Assembly: GCA_000165425.1 (NCBI GenBank)
Contig: CT867995.1
Span: forward strand, 1 to 64,000
Direction: 5' to 3'
From: Paramecium tetraurelia
Lineage: Eukaryota
Length of the DNA stretch: 64,000 bases
In this document: piece after piece, positions 12,387 to 26,650 of the stretch
How the letters are laid out: each line of letters opens with the position of its first letter
Position numbering within the stretch: position 1 is the first letter of the stretch
Program-made: the position numbers and the translations under genes
The notes under the pieces: model-generated
What the model was told of the DNA's origin: nothing
The model's input: the letters and a program-made list of their open reading frames with translations, nothing else
Databases searched by the model: none

Positions 12387-15300
12387 ATGTCAAGTTAATG
12401 TTCTTTTGAAGAACTAAACTCATCTGTAAATTTGAGTTTGGACAGTGGGTTAATAAATGTTGTTTAGAATCCAAATGATTCAGAGTTGGATTTCAATTAG
12501 TTAGAGTCAGCAATATTGAGTTCGAAACAGGAAGGTCTAACAAAACTGATAAAGGGATCTGATTAATATTATTATTAATATTTCCTCAACATCCTAAATA
12601 CAAGTGGATATAGATTGGATTCTAAATAATTAGAAAACTTTGAATAGTATAAGAAGATGAATACAGAAAACTTTTAAAAAATAAGACTTAGATCTTTATT
12701 TATAGAATATGATGAACTAATGAATATGTAATAGAGTGAAAAAGTGAAACTGAAAGAACAAGAGATATTGAGAAAGATTAACAAAAGATTATTTGGATTT
12801 AGTTTCGAAGAATTATCGTAAAATAACTTAGATAGTGATTAATAAAAATTATTAATATAGAAATAGTAAGTAATTAGTGGGAATACATAAGCAAAAGTAG
12901 GACTTTCAGAATTGGATAATAGTAAATTATAAGTAGAAGAATACATAAAAAATGCATACTCTGAGAAAGGAATCTTGAAATTAAAGACTAATCTTCTTAG
13001 TAAATTAGATTTGATATAATTATCAAAATCCACTGTTAAAGTGATCGATATTTTCTTTACCAAAATTGATACATTAATAATTGAGTATTTAGATTTGTTT
13101 AAACAATAGATTAAATAATATACCAGAGTTTTACAATGAATTGATGAAGAGAGAGGATTATAAAAATAAATTTGACGCAGTTCATTTTAAAAAGCTTACT
13201 TTAAGTTAAATGAAATAGATAATGACATTAAATAATAGATTTTTGGAGAATCTACACTTTGTTGGATATCTATATTTTAAAAAGTATAATTTAGGTAAAT
13301 ATGATAAAAATGATGAAAAATTCTAAGATAATAAAGAATACTTTTTATCTACTTTAAAAAAGGCTTATTTATGGAGTAAAACTTTACCTGATAAATTCAA
13401 ATCATTAAGTGATCAAATATTACTTGAGTTGCTATAATTAGGTAATTGAATTTGAATTAATATATTAGGCATTGAATTTAAGCATTTTGATTTTGATCTA
13501 CTTTCAGAATACTTAAGAAACCCAAAAGATTATTATTCTAATTGTACTTAATAACAAAAAGATCATTAAAGCAAAATCAGAAGAGAATATCAATCGTTTT
13601 GGCATGATTTCCATGATTTTAACTTTTAGAGATGTATTTGATTTTATTATAATATAGGGATGTATCCAGATAAAATGATTGAGAAATATTTGGAGAAATA
13701 TTTCTAATTGCATGACAATTACAGCATATTTGAGTTGTATTTAGAAGCCAATTATTTAAAGATGTTAAAAGCTGAATGCAAACTCTACAAAGGAGATGAA
13801 GTCACTAATTTAACTGAATTCTTTACAAATTCACAAATTAAATAGATGAATAATAATAAGATTCTCAATTTGTGTGATTATAATAAATAATACTTTTTTA
13901 AAGGAGATCCAGTCACACTTTATATCGAATTGAAAAATATATCCAATCTAACAATTAAGATATTTTAAATCAACATGAAAAACTTTTATATGGCCAAAAG
14001 TGAATAACTAACTTCAAATATATGTTTAGATGGGTTTATTCCAACCGAAGAGATAAGCTTTACATATGATTATCCACCAATTAAGAAAGTAATCAAAGAA
14101 TTCTCATTTGAATCAATATAGAAAAGTGAAAGAGGAAGCTTTATTATTGAATTTATTGGTAATGGATTATCATCAAAAGCCATAATTGAAAAAGGACGGC
14201 TATGTTTACATGAAACCGTTGTGTCTGCTGGATATAAATATGAAATATTTGACGAAAACTTTGAGAAATTGGTTGATGAACAAATTGGATTATGGATTAA
14301 TGAAACTTATTACAAATAATCTAATGGTGAAATAATATTACCATTTCCAGAATCTGAGACTAAATATAATGCAATTATTCAACATGGTGATTTTTACTAG
14401 AAAACCTAGCTTAATTTATAACCTGAGTAATTCTAATTGCATTGTGCTTTTATATTAACTGAAGAATAAATTTAATTAGGATAAGAACTTACAACAATAA
14501 TTATACCAAAATTACTACTCAACAATTAAGATGTTGGATTTGGATTTTTTAAGGAATAATAAATTTTAGTAACATGTGTCAATGATAAAGGAGTTCCATA
14601 GACAATTACCTTTAAAGATCTCATTTTTGAAAGCAATGTCCCTCTAGAAGTTAAATTTCCAATTACCTAATAATTAAGGAATATTGATATTGAAGTCTCA
14701 GGAAGAATCAAGAGATTGCGTTTTGATTAAGATTTGATCCTAAAGAAGTTTCATCAAGTTAAATTCAATCATGGCTAATCATAACATATATTTTAGAAAC
14801 AATTGCTGAAATTTGATTAAAATGATGGATACTCAATCTATTTGTTAGGAAAAAATGGAGAACCTACCAGCAACGCATAAGTTTAAATCTAATTTGAACA
14901 TTCAGAAATAGATGATCTAATCTAAGAAAAGCTTATAACAAATTAATAAGGATAAATAAAATTAGGATTCTTGAAAAACATCTCTAAAATATCCTCATCT
15001 GTTCTTATTACAAACACATAAGTTGAAAAAAAGGAATGGGATCTATTCAATCCAAATAAATTTTGTTTAGAAAACTACTAAGAGACTTTTGTCGTTGGAC
15101 AGAAATTGACTCTTAAGTATCCCTCAGAATATACTGAATAGGATATTTTATTTTATAAAACCAAAAGTCTAAAATCAGTATTTTTACCTGTGAAAAATTT
15201 AATTTAAAAAGTATAAAGGGATAATAATTCGGTAATTTTTGAATTTGAGAAGAAAGGAAAATATATACTTGAATTTGTAAGAGAAAAAGTAATTTATTAA

Positions 15301-18300
15301 TTTAATGTTCTTGAAAGCAATGTCAAGCACAAAGATAATCTAATTTATACATCAACAAGAAGAATTTCTCAAAACTTAGCTGAAAAAAATTTCTCCTTGG
15401 AAAATACTAAAATCAGTTAGTAAGAGTAACACTTCGTTGTAGAAGGAGATTTTGTATCTTCAACTGAAGTTCGGTTTTTAGCCTTGGCAACAACTTTTTT
15501 CCCAAAAGAATTATCAATAATAAATAAACAAATGGGATCAATATTTTATTAAAATGTGTCTGACAATGATCTTAGAATAGAGTTGAGAGATAATATTTAT
15601 CTATCTAATTTATAATAATCAGAAGAATTAAGATATATCATTGAAAGAAAAAATTAAACTAAATATGTGGGAAATACTCTTGAAAAACCATAGATCCTGT
15701 TAAATAGACTACTTGCTGATTAAACAGTAACATAGGATGAATAAATATTGAAATAGGACCATAATTTAACAGGAAATGAAAGGAAAAGATGTGCATCATC
15801 TAGATTTTTGAAAAAAGCAGCTAATTAGTTTACAGGAAATTAATTATGTGATAGTTTTACAGAATTCTTATTGTTTCCTGGTAAAGTAATAACTCAGATC
15901 AATTAAGATAAGAATCACTTTTCATTTGAAGTTCCAAATTAATATTCTACTATTTTGATCTTAGCTTACGCTAACGAATCATACATCTCTAGGGTATTGC
16001 CATTATCCAATAGTGTTATATAAGCAAAGAACCTATGTCATCAGTCATCTTTATCAAAAGATAAATTTTACTCTACTTTTCGAAGCACAAAACAAATAGC
16101 ACCCAAAATTCCATATTAAATTTAAGATATATCTTCTACTGAAATTTTTATTTTGGATAACCTAAATGTATTGTTTAGAATTCAAAAGGAATTAATGAAA
16201 ATTGGAAATAAGAAATTAGTAGCTGAGGATGAAAAGTTCATCAATCAACTTTTGAAATGGAATCAAGAGTCTATTCAATCTCAACATAAATTTTATAATT
16301 AACATTAATGTGATGAACTTAATTTATTCTTGTATTTTAAAGATCCGGCATATTTTGAAACCTACATCTCAAAATATATTTCAAACAAAATTGAAAAATC
16401 ATTCATTGATTTCTTTTTACTAAAAGATAAGAATGCTCTTAGCAAATATGTATAGGTAACTTCATTTAAATAGTTAAACGCCTTAGAATAAGCCTTATTA
16501 GTCATTTATTTTTAAGAAATTATAGGCAATAAAGAATAAGCATAAGCTATTGCACTTTATATGAGCAATAATAATAATAACAATAAGCTGATTAAATAAG
16601 ATGACGATAGATTTAAAACACTATTTGATACAATTTTAGGAATTGAGAAGGATAGTTAAGGTGAGCAGGAAGAAATTCCTGAGAAAAAATAAAATGAAAT
16701 TGCTCCTCCTTACAGTCCTCCAAAAGAGCAAATGGTTTAAAATATGCAGCGTTAATTGAAAAAAAGATCATCTCTAATGAGGTTTGATAGTATTGATTAT
16801 AAACAGAAAGAAGATGATGATTCTTCTATGAGCATTTAATCAATTGTCCAATCTATTAAAAGTCGATCATCAGTTAAAAAAAATGTAAATAAAATTCCCG
16901 AAATGAAATTTCATAGCAAAGACTATAAGCCTTAGGAGCAAGCTTTAAAATATGATAAAATGAGAAATCAATTGATGAAGACTTTTTCAAATGTTGAAAC
17001 TACCAATGAGTATTGTGAGAAACATTATAGATATGGAGTGAATTAATAAGATTTTCATAATTTAGTTAAGCCTTAAGAGTTCTTTGTAGATCTTGTGAAT
17101 CATTCTATATAGAAAGGGTTTTTAAAATAAGATTTCTGTCCTTCATCTTTCATGCTTTGTAATAATAATTTTACAGAAATTCTTAGTGTATTAGCATTGA
17201 TGAGTTTACCATTTTAAACTCCTTAATTTAGCCAGACTTAATTTGGAAATAAAGGATTGGAGATCAATTATGAAAGTTCTGCGCTGATTTTTACTAGAGA
17301 AATCAAAGAGGCAGAAGTCTAACTTAATTCAAATATTATAATCAATTAAACATTTTTTGATATTACTGAAGAAAATTAAGTGGATTAGGATGGTAATGAA
17401 TATGAATAAGATTTGAGTGAGTTCTTTATTAAGAAGGTATATTGTTGTAAAATAGTTGTTTCGAATTGTTCAGCAATATCATAAACCTTTTAGTTATTAG
17501 TAGAAATTCCAAATGGTTCAATCCCAGTTTTTACAACATTTTCAACTAAAACATTTACTTTGACTTGTGCTCCTTATTAGACACAAATACAAAAGTACTT
17601 TTTCTATTTCCCAAAATCAGGAATATTCACAATATATCCAGCTAATATATCAAAGCTTGGTAAGGTCATTTAGATTGCAAAGGAGAAAACACTTTAAGTT
17701 TATGATTAAAAACCAAAAGTAAATCTAGAAAATATCAATGAAGTATTATCAACGGATAATAATAAAGATATTTTAAATTACATTGAGAATAAGAACATTT
17801 TCAATACTAAACTATTTAATCCAAAATTATTGTATCATAAATTTAGTGATTAAGTGTTTTATAATTAAGTGATGGAAATATATAGAAGGAGAAAGTTTTA
17901 TGATTTCCACAGTTTTGCTTATTCACTATTACACAATAACATTGAATGTTTGAAAGAGCTGTTTTTGACAGAATAAGGTCAAAATGCATTGAAATAGAAG
18001 TTTAAGCATTTTAAGTGTTCTTTGTTTGAAATCAATTCTATCAGAGTTCTTGAATATTATCCACTCATTATCAAGCGAGTTCATAAACTCAAATAAGGGG
18101 AGAATAATATACTAAATGTGTAATTTAGAAAGCAATATACAAATTATTTATCATATCTCCTGGAAAAACCATAATTTTCAACAGTTGATAAAATAGTCCT
18201 CATTTACTACTTGTTATTATAGGAGAGAGTAAACGAAGCTGTGTAAGTTTATGAATAAATAAGTGAGGAAGAGTAAAAAGAATAGCAATTATAATTTGAT

Positions 18301-19304
18301 TATTTGTCAGCATATTTAGACTTTTATACTGGATACCCAAATTTTCAGAAGGCTAGAGAAATATGTTAGAAATACTTGAGTTATCCAGTTATACATTGGA
18401 GGAATATGTTTTATGAAATAATCAATTTATTTATTGAATATGATGGAGAGGAAGATAATCAATTTACAAAATTAGAAACCACATAATAATAGAAATAAAA
18501 TGATATAATGAAGAATGAAGAAACATTAACATGTGCAATTGAAGCAGACTCAATCAATATTACATTCTCTAATTTATCTGAAGTGAAGATAGAATACTAT
18601 AAATTGGATATTGAAATTCTATTTTCTAATAATCCATTTTTGAAGAATGTGATTCAAGATTTTTCAATTGTGTTACCAAATGTATGCGTTACTCAAAAAC
18701 TTGTTGGTCAAGAAATCCAAAAGAAGTATATTATTAGTTAAATAAATTTAGTTTGTTTTAAGAGAAAATAAAGATTCCGAGTGAAATATCAAAGGAGAAT
18801 TTGTTTGTGACAATAAAAGGTAAGTAGAAATCAGTCACTTGTAAGTATTAACCAACATCGTTGTTTGTTCGAACGATGGTAGACTCTGGATAAATTAGAG
18901 TATTTAATTAATAGGGTTAATACTTATCTAAAGTTTATGTGAAAGTGTATTCTAAGAACAAAGGTGATTCAGAGACTTTCCACAAAGACGGATATACTGA
19001 TATAAGAGGAAGATTTGATTATGCTTCACTAAGTTCATCAAATGTGAAAGACATTGCTTAATTTTCAATGTTGATTTATCATGAAGATTTAGGTAATCAC
19101 AAATTTTAAATATTATTAGGATCTATTATATAGTAAGTCTCTCCTCCACCAACATTAGCATAATATGAAAAAGAAATACGGTTGATAGGGAACAAATGGA
19201 GAGAATAAGAAACCTAAGAAATGTTATAATAGCAATAAATATACAATTAGAAATTTACTAAACCATGTAAAGTTGAGTAAAAAAACATAGATAATATAGA
19301 TTGA
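12387..19304 (+). CDS. Giant (~2270 aa) conserved hypothetical protein with macroglobulin-like beta-sandwich segments and a helical C-terminal region
   Basis: One ORF under TAR=Gln with four tiny introns found (13085-13109, 13442-13468, 18726-18751, ~19092-19119). Motifs: LIKGSDQYYYQYFL, DPVTLYIELKNISNLTIKIFQIN, FIIEFIGNGLSSKAIIEKGRL, VEIPNGSIPV, YFFYFPKSG, LEYYPLIIKRVHKL, VYVKVY...FHKDGYTDIRGRFDYASLS. Confidence 0.9.
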
Positions 19305-19478
19305 GCAAATAATAGAAATTACAATATATTAATTAAATAACCTTAAGAATTTTGGTTTTAAATATTCTAATTTAATCACTAATTATTATTATTAAAACTA
19401 CATCTTAAAAATATTATTATCTATGTATGATTTCTAATATATTAAATATACTTTATAATAAATAATATATTTATATTA

Positions 19479-20214
19479 ATGTAGGTTAATTATGAAGCAT
19501 TTATTGATGGTATAAATATATGAACAACCTTAGAGGCGAAAAACAAGATGATGAAATGGTAAGAAATCAACGAATAAAACATGTGGGAATTGTATTCAAA
19601 TAAAGATGGATATATTGTGTATACTAAAAAGAATCCAGAAAACGGAATAAATATGAATAGGACACAAACAGAAATAGCTAGAACACCTGATCAGATACTT
19701 GATTTGATAGGAGATGTGAATAAGAGACCTATGTATGATGAGAAAGTGGAAACTGTACTAATTATAAATTGACCATCATAGGCTCACGTTGTAGAATAGA
19801 TTGATGCAAATACAAGAATAGTTTATGTGAGAATCAAAGCACCCATTCCATTTATGAGCAGCAGAGATTTGATTATGGTTCAAAAAGTTTATAAATAAAA
19901 TGATGGCATTATCATTGTTTGTTGTATGATCATTATGTCTAATGCTTATTCTAGCTAAATCAATTATCCATTAGAAAACTCCTCCTATTCCTAAAATTGA
20001 GAGAGCAGAGATGCATTTGAGTGGTTGGATCATTATTCCATAACCAAACCAAGTATTATTTACTTATATTTATACTTAGATGACCAAACTCATAGCAATC
20101 CAATGTTTTGATCCAAAAGGAGATGTACCTTAATCAGTGACCAATCAATATGCAAAATTGTAATCAGATATGATGAAAGCAGCAGTCAAATTTATTGCAC
20201 TTAATTATAAATGA
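19479..20214 (+). CDS. START-domain lipid-transfer protein
   Basis: Motifs WELYSNKDGYIVY, RPMYDEKV, IKAPIPFMSSRDL, PPIPKIERA and FDPKGDVPQSVTN; four tiny introns. Confidence 0.9.
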
Positions 20215-20245
20215 GTATTTATTAACACAAATTCAATAATGATAA

Positions 20246-22271
20246 TCATTTGTTAAACATATATTTCATAAGGCTGTTTTCCATTCTTGTTAGAGGCATT
20301 TCGATAAACAAACAGAACAATGTTGAACATATTTGAGTGATAAACAAATTCCCAATGTAAAGTGTGAATATAGTTTCGAATGAGAAATTGGGCGTTTAAT
20401 AGAATTGCCCTAGTAATCCAAAGATTATTATCTAATGTATTAAGTAACCAGAAAAGGAAATCTTGTTAATAAACCTAAAGTAATTGTTCCTCATAAACGT
20501 CATGTTGAATCTAAGATATATAAAATATCAATTACACATCTTTCATCCCAAATAGACATGGCAAACATAAGACACTCATTCCCAAAGCTATTCCTAATCG
20601 ACAAAAGGCAAACCAGAAACTCTAAATGGTTTTATTCCAATAATCCTAATGTTCATAATGCAATTGAGCCGGTCTCCATCCAAACCATATTCCTCCAATA
20701 ATTAATATACCCAATAAATAGCAAAACAACTTAAAATTAAGTTGTCTCTGTTAAGCAAATGCCTATAATCTACTTAATGCATTCACATTATTTTCTTTCA
20801 ATTCTCTGTATAAAACTCCTAATAGGAATCCCAAATAATATGGGGGACCTCTCGTAAATGGTTTCGTGTAGTAATTCTAATGCATATTCGGTTAAGTCAA
20901 AGCGAAAGGAGGCAACAAATACTCATTCACTAATGACATCACTGTTCCAATAGTTTGAGTGATTATTAACAATGATACTATCATAGCCTTGGCGACTTTT
21001 GAATTGACTTTTGCATAAAAGAACACCGGAATCAAACAAGAGATGAACAATTGCATATCCGTTGATAAATACCAACCCCATGGAAAACAATATTAAGTAT
21101 CATAGAAGAGGTTATCTATAAATATTAGGTTTCTCCATCCTGTTGCACATTCAAAACGATCCAAAGCCATAAACCATCTTGGTCCATCTCCTAAGTATGG
21201 TACTAACTATGAACTTATCAGAATGGCTATTGCATAACAAGGCCAAATTCTCAATATCCTATGTAATAAGAATCCAAATATTGAGAATCCATTTCTCTTC
21301 ACTAGTTTCACTTTGCTCTTCTCCAATAACATGTAAGCACTAAAAAACCCACCAAGCCAAAAGAACATGTCTACACTATATAGCATATTAACTAAGTTTA
21401 AACATAACCACGATTTCAATTACGCTATCATTTCAAATCTAAATGAAGATTTAGCTAAATCTAGAAATTGATGACCAAAGATCACCATAAAAAATCCTAT
21501 TGATCTATATCCCTCCATAATACTTAAATTTGTATCGTGATCTTTGAATGTGAATAGTGTATTGTAACTTGTCTAAATAGAATAATCTAAGAAACACAAT
21601 TTATTCGTTTCCTCTTGTTTTACAACTGGAATCTAATTGTTTGTCAATCCTTAATTTTCATCATCCTGCTTTTCATTATTTTCAATATCTCTTATATTAA
21701 TAGAAACTTTGACTTATCTTTTGATATTTATTAACTAACAAAATATTGGATTGAAACAACTTAGGAGCAACAACATTCCAATAAGAAAAAGTGTCAATAT
21801 GAACATAACACCTGAATTCTTATTATAATTAAGAGGGTCATAAAAAATGAAATCAGCATTGTCTAATGACACCTTGAATAACTTCAATTTTACATTATAT
21901 GTATCTAAGATCCCTGTTGAATTGATCAACTCCTTAAAATCAGACTAAAATTATTCATCATTGAAGTCATCCGTTGTACATTCTCTTGAATGACATAATC
22001 CATAATAACTGGGCACGGGTTCCATTTCTATTTTCAGACTTGAATAATAATATCCCTTTCTTAAACAAGTTTCAAACATACCAAATTGATTAAGACTACC
22101 TTATAATAACAAATAGTACCTTGTTCCTGATAAACTTACATATGGCCATATATCTTCAAAAAGCTTCTTGTATCCTTCAATTTCAGCTTTCACCAAAAGG
22201 GATGTCATGTAATGTTGACAAGACTCCTAGGATGCAATTACAATTGGTATTAGTATATAATTTAATAACAT
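20246..22271 (-). CDS. Acyltransferase-3 / NRF-6-like multi-pass membrane O-acyltransferase
   Basis: Signal peptide and Cys-containing N-domain (GMFETC). Motifs EGYRSIGFFMVIFGH, YSVDMFFWLGGF, HRILRIWPCY, CFPWGWYLSTDMQLF, YYTKPFTRGPPYILG and IEMPL. Confidence 0.9.
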
Positions 22272-22372
22272 TAATTAATATTTCAGTATAGTGAAATTAG
22301 CAAAATGGAAGTAGAAATTCACTAAGATAAATTAAATGATAACATTCAATGAGTATATCATTTGATTTAATA

Positions 22373-23562
22373 ATGAAATAAGATAGACATTTTTCAAGAT
22401 CCCGAAGAAGCACCTCTCCATAACTCAAAAATAAAAAGGCACTAAAAAACAAACAAAAGAAAAACCATAACTTACAATCTTCATCTTCCAAAACCAAATC
22501 AATATCACAAGAAATTTAACCTGGCTTACCTGAAGAAAGGAATATCCTCAATTTGATTTAGGAACTGGAAACCTAAGATTAGAAAGGGATCGAAAATCAG
22601 AAACTTATTCACTTATGTCTTTAGGATACCTAAAATCCAAGTATTAAATATATAGATCTATTTAGTTATAAACGAAAACCAAGAACTTTCAGAGATCTAG
22701 AGATAATCACAATATAACTAAAATTATCACTAAGAATGTCAACAATCAATGAGAAATGAATACGTCTTCCTTGGGAATAGTCTTTCAAAACACATGATCT
22801 CTGAGAGACAGAGAGTCAAGATGGTTAATTGGATGGTCGAAGTCTTAAGTAATTATAATGAAACTACATCCGATATTACTTTCTTCAGATCTGTTTCCAT
22901 AATGGATCACTACCTCTAAAAATCTATTTTCAAATTTTCTGATAGTAATCTTCATCTTATTGGCATCACTTCCATGTTTATTGCTACGAAACTTGAAGAT
23001 ATTTATCATATCCCTTTGAAAGATTTTGTAACCAGAGTTAGTCATAATTAATATTCCTTGTATATATATTATCTAATTTAGTTTCGCAATCAAAGCGATG
23101 GAACAATCAATCTTGGAAACCTTAAATTTTGAGGTCACATTCCCAACCTCATTGGACTTTTTGCAAAATATCTTTTACTAATGTTTTAGTTTGAATGACA
23201 AGTATTAATTTCTTATTATTACTTTAGTCCTAATTTACAAGATATTTTAGATTCTAGTATCTATATATTGAAAATGTGTTTATATGATTACACTATGACA
23301 TCCTTCAATTTATATACTCTCGCAGCTTCCTCCCTTATATTTTCCATAAAAGACTTTGTCAACAAAAATTATCTAAATGATCGAAATATCGTCATCGATC
23401 AATTTGTAATCATTTATACTATCAATTTAGTACAATAAAATTATGTAAATCTCTTAAATCGATTAAACAGAGCTTAATTCATGTGAAGTCTATATATAGG
23501 ATCTAGTTGGTTCTTTTCATATTTTATATCCTCTATTCCGCAATTTACAATAATATTCATGA
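22373..23562 (+). CDS. Cyclin (A/B-type cyclin box)
   Basis: RVKMVNWMVEV...FFRSVSIMDHYL...LHLIGITSMFIATKLEDI...MEQSILETLNFEVTFPT; several tiny introns. Confidence 0.92.
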
Positions 23563-23784
23563 ATTTGATTAATTTAAGCATTAATTTTTTTATTAATTTT
23601 TAATTATGTAATCAAATTAACATAAAATCATGAGAAATTATGATTTTTATAACAATGAAAATTGGAAAGAGGTTAAACTATAAATTCAACATTATATTGA
23701 ATTATTTTAAAAATAAACTCAACCTCAAATTCAAAATATAGAATAATTTTATTAAAATCTAGAGTATGATCATTCTTTTATTTA

Positions 23785-24607
23785 ATGGATGTTCCCTAAT
23801 TTTTATTAAAGCATGTTTAATTCAAACTCTTAAAAATTAACACTCAAAGAAAGAGATTGTATGATTAAATCAGACACAATCCTTAAAAGATATCACTAGT
23901 ATTATATTTTGATTTTGAGATTTTATGGTATTGAAATAAAATAGGTGAAAATTAAGTAAATAGAAAAAGCTAATGTAAGCAATTAATAGTCTTAAATTCA
24001 TACATAAACTTTTAATAATTTTAATAACTAGTAATCTAAAGACATTAAAAATACAATTAAATAGATAGATATCAAAGTAACCCAATAAAAGACTAATAAT
24101 TAATGTGAAATATATCAATAAAAGTAAAAGTAAAATGAATTATAAAATTGCAAACCAAACAATCAATTATAATAAATACAATAATAATTTTAATTGCCTA
24201 AGGATACTAATAATTACAAAAATATTTAGACATAAAGTCACATACAGAATACAGATCCAACCAATAATTAATAATCAGAATTAGTATTGATTGATAAAAA
24301 GTAGTTTGAATTGTGTTGTTTATAAAATACTCATCATCTATTGAGATTAAAAAGAATACTAGCATCCTTGAGTGTGTTAAAACATAGAAAAGAAGCAATT
24401 CAGCTATGTTAATTTTTAAAAAAAGAGTTGACCAACATGGGAAGAGAGAATATTTATTAAGAAAATTTCAGTGGATTTGACAGATATTATGAGGAAATGT
24501 CAGAGAGGGATACGTACAGAGCTGTGAATCGAAGGTTTAATTCATTTAAGTATTGTTATGTAGATAAAGATTTACTGGAATAGGTCGATATTTCGATAAT
24601 TTAATGA
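23785..24607 (+). CDS. Hypothetical Gln/Asn-rich protein (5' end uncertain)
   Basis: Open frame from 23861 to TGA 24605-24607 with a protein-like C-terminus (FDRYYEEMSERDTYRAVNRRF). An upstream ATG at 23785 would need an intron that I could not place. Confidence 0.5.
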
Positions 24608-24622
24608 TTTCAATTAATATAA

Positions 24623-25374
24623 TCATTTTTTAGTTGATAAATTTGTGTTGATTTTAGAGGTGACAGATTTAAATTTCTCCATTTTAAAGGGTTCCTTCTT
24701 TTCTACTCCTTAAATCGCAGCCAATTTTTTGTGGTTGGTATCGTGAAATAATTAGGAGGCCTTGTTGCCTTTGACCATGGAAGAAGTCATTTTGGAATCC
24801 TTGGTTTTAGCATATTGTATATACTTGAGATCCTGCTCTCTATTGATATTTATCCAGAATGGTTGATTCAGCCTCAATACAATAAGAGTTGCCCATGACT
24901 AATTTCATAGGTGTTGATGGTCTTAATAGGGAGGTACAATTACCTGTTTTTACGACCATAGCGAAATTCCTCTTCTGGTAATTCAATGGCCTGAATATTT
25001 GTGCCCTTCTTAACTTTAAGTCTGGCATCATGAGTCTGTCTGAATTTGTACATGTCCTGTTGGAGTAATGAATAAATCAGTTACATGTGCTTTGAATGAG
25101 CCATTGTGTATGGATTGTTTATTGAGTTCAGCAAAGTCTCGATTTGGTAGATGATCTTGAGATTCTTGATGAAATTTCCAGGTCATAGTAACTTATGGGA
25201 ATTGACATTGTCATAAATACCTTCTTTGGCTCCTTCTTTGTCTCTTGAGAGTGGTTATCCATAAATAAAGTCTTGATTAGGAAGGTTGTAGGTGGAGGGC
25301 TTTGATTTTCCAACGTCATCCTTCATCAAGAGAGGGTTGGTGTGATTATTTGAGAAGGGAGGTGCAGTTTACAT
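24623..25374 (-). CDS. CFAP77: Cilia- and flagella-associated protein 77 homologue (DUF4483, axonemal microtubule inner protein)
   Basis: NPLLMKDDVGKSKPSTYNLPNQDFIYG, DKEGAKEVTMTW, RDFAELNK, FRQTHDARL, YGRKNRPSTP and FKMEKF; four tiny introns. Confidence 0.8.
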
Positions 25375-25432
25375 ATATTATTTTATTTATTAATAATGAG
25401 TTTTATTTATTATTAAAATAATAATAATAATA

Positions 25433-25813
25433 ATGGAAGTAAACATATTATTATTTATATATTGTACAATAATAACATTATATTTGATATAGAAAATATT
25501 TACTAGCAAGACTAATAATAATAACAATTTGGTGAAGGATTTAATGTAGGAAATAGAGAATTTAAAGAATGTTAATAATAATCAGAACAAACAACAGAAT
25601 AGTCAGATTACTCAAATCAAATAGCACTTTACTGAGTTGACTCAGATATAGGACGATTTCCAGAAAAGTATGCTATTATGAATAAGAATAGAATTATTGA
25701 ATACTCAAATAAAATTGATGCAACATGTAAATAAAACATATTCTCAAAGAACGAATTCACAGCACAATAATTCAGTTTTATCATAAAGAGATTAGTCAAT
25801 CGAGGAGAAATGA
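25433..25813 (+). CDS. Small protein with an N-terminal hydrophobic anchor and a coiled coil
   Basis: Starts MEVNILLFIYCTIITLYLIQK. A 24-nt intron removes an in-frame TGA; stop at 25811-25813. Confidence 0.6.
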
Positions 25814-25864
25814 ATGATTATTTTAATTAATTAAATAATAATAATATATATATTAGAAGCAATT

Positions 25865-26601
25865 ATGAGTCAGGAGGAGATGTTGGCTAAATAAGAGGAA
25901 ATAAATTTATAAGCTGAGGAAGGTGAGTAAAGAAGGAAGAATAAAAAAAGAGTAATTACAAATCCCAATTAATTAACAGGACATTGGAGTGAATAGGAAC
26001 ACAAAACATATTTAGAATTCTTGAATATGCATAGAACAGTCATGGAATCATAAGATTAAAAGAAAACGAGCAAGATTTTCAAATTAATGAGTGAAACAAT
26101 TGGTACTCGAAGTCCTTCTTAATGCCGGTGAGATTGGTTTTTTCTCTATCTTCTAGGTCACATCACCAGAAGTTCAATCCTTTTGTGCATTCGGTCAAGA
26201 AGAGATAGAAGGGAGTGGGTCGGAAGAGAAAGGAGAATGGAAACTAGGATAGAATGGATAAGTATAATGACAATGGACTGCTCTAGTAGTTTATGGTTGG
26301 GCCACAATTATATTAATAGCAACAGGGATTTTAAGATTACTAATTTCAGTTCCCATAGATGCCATACATGTTTCCAATCCCAGATCAGACATCCAAAGAT
26401 GACGATAAATTAAATATATATGATCAATAATAGTTGTACTTTCAATAATACTTGCTGGCATAATAGTAAATGCAATAATAAATGGATGATAAAAATCTAT
26501 TTTGTTATTTTATGCATCCACAACAGCTCCCTTTAAATTTGAATTACTATCCACAATAGGTGTTATCAGAAGATATGAATATCAAAGATGATGAATAATG
26601 A
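25865..26601 (+). CDS. SHAQKY-class Myb transcription factor with a Gln-rich C-terminus
   Basis: GHWSEQEHKTYLEFL...IFKLMSETIGTRSPSQCR/SHHQKF, with an intron inside the Arg codon. Confidence 0.88.
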
Positions 26602-26650
26602 AATAGTATTTAAATATTATAGTTCGAGATAATTCGTTTTTATTTAAATA

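Noticed and set aside
13085..13139. In-frame TGA at 13137 suggesting the giant gene is broken
   Set aside because: A canonical 25-nt GT..AG intron (13085-13109) shifts the frame and bypasses it.
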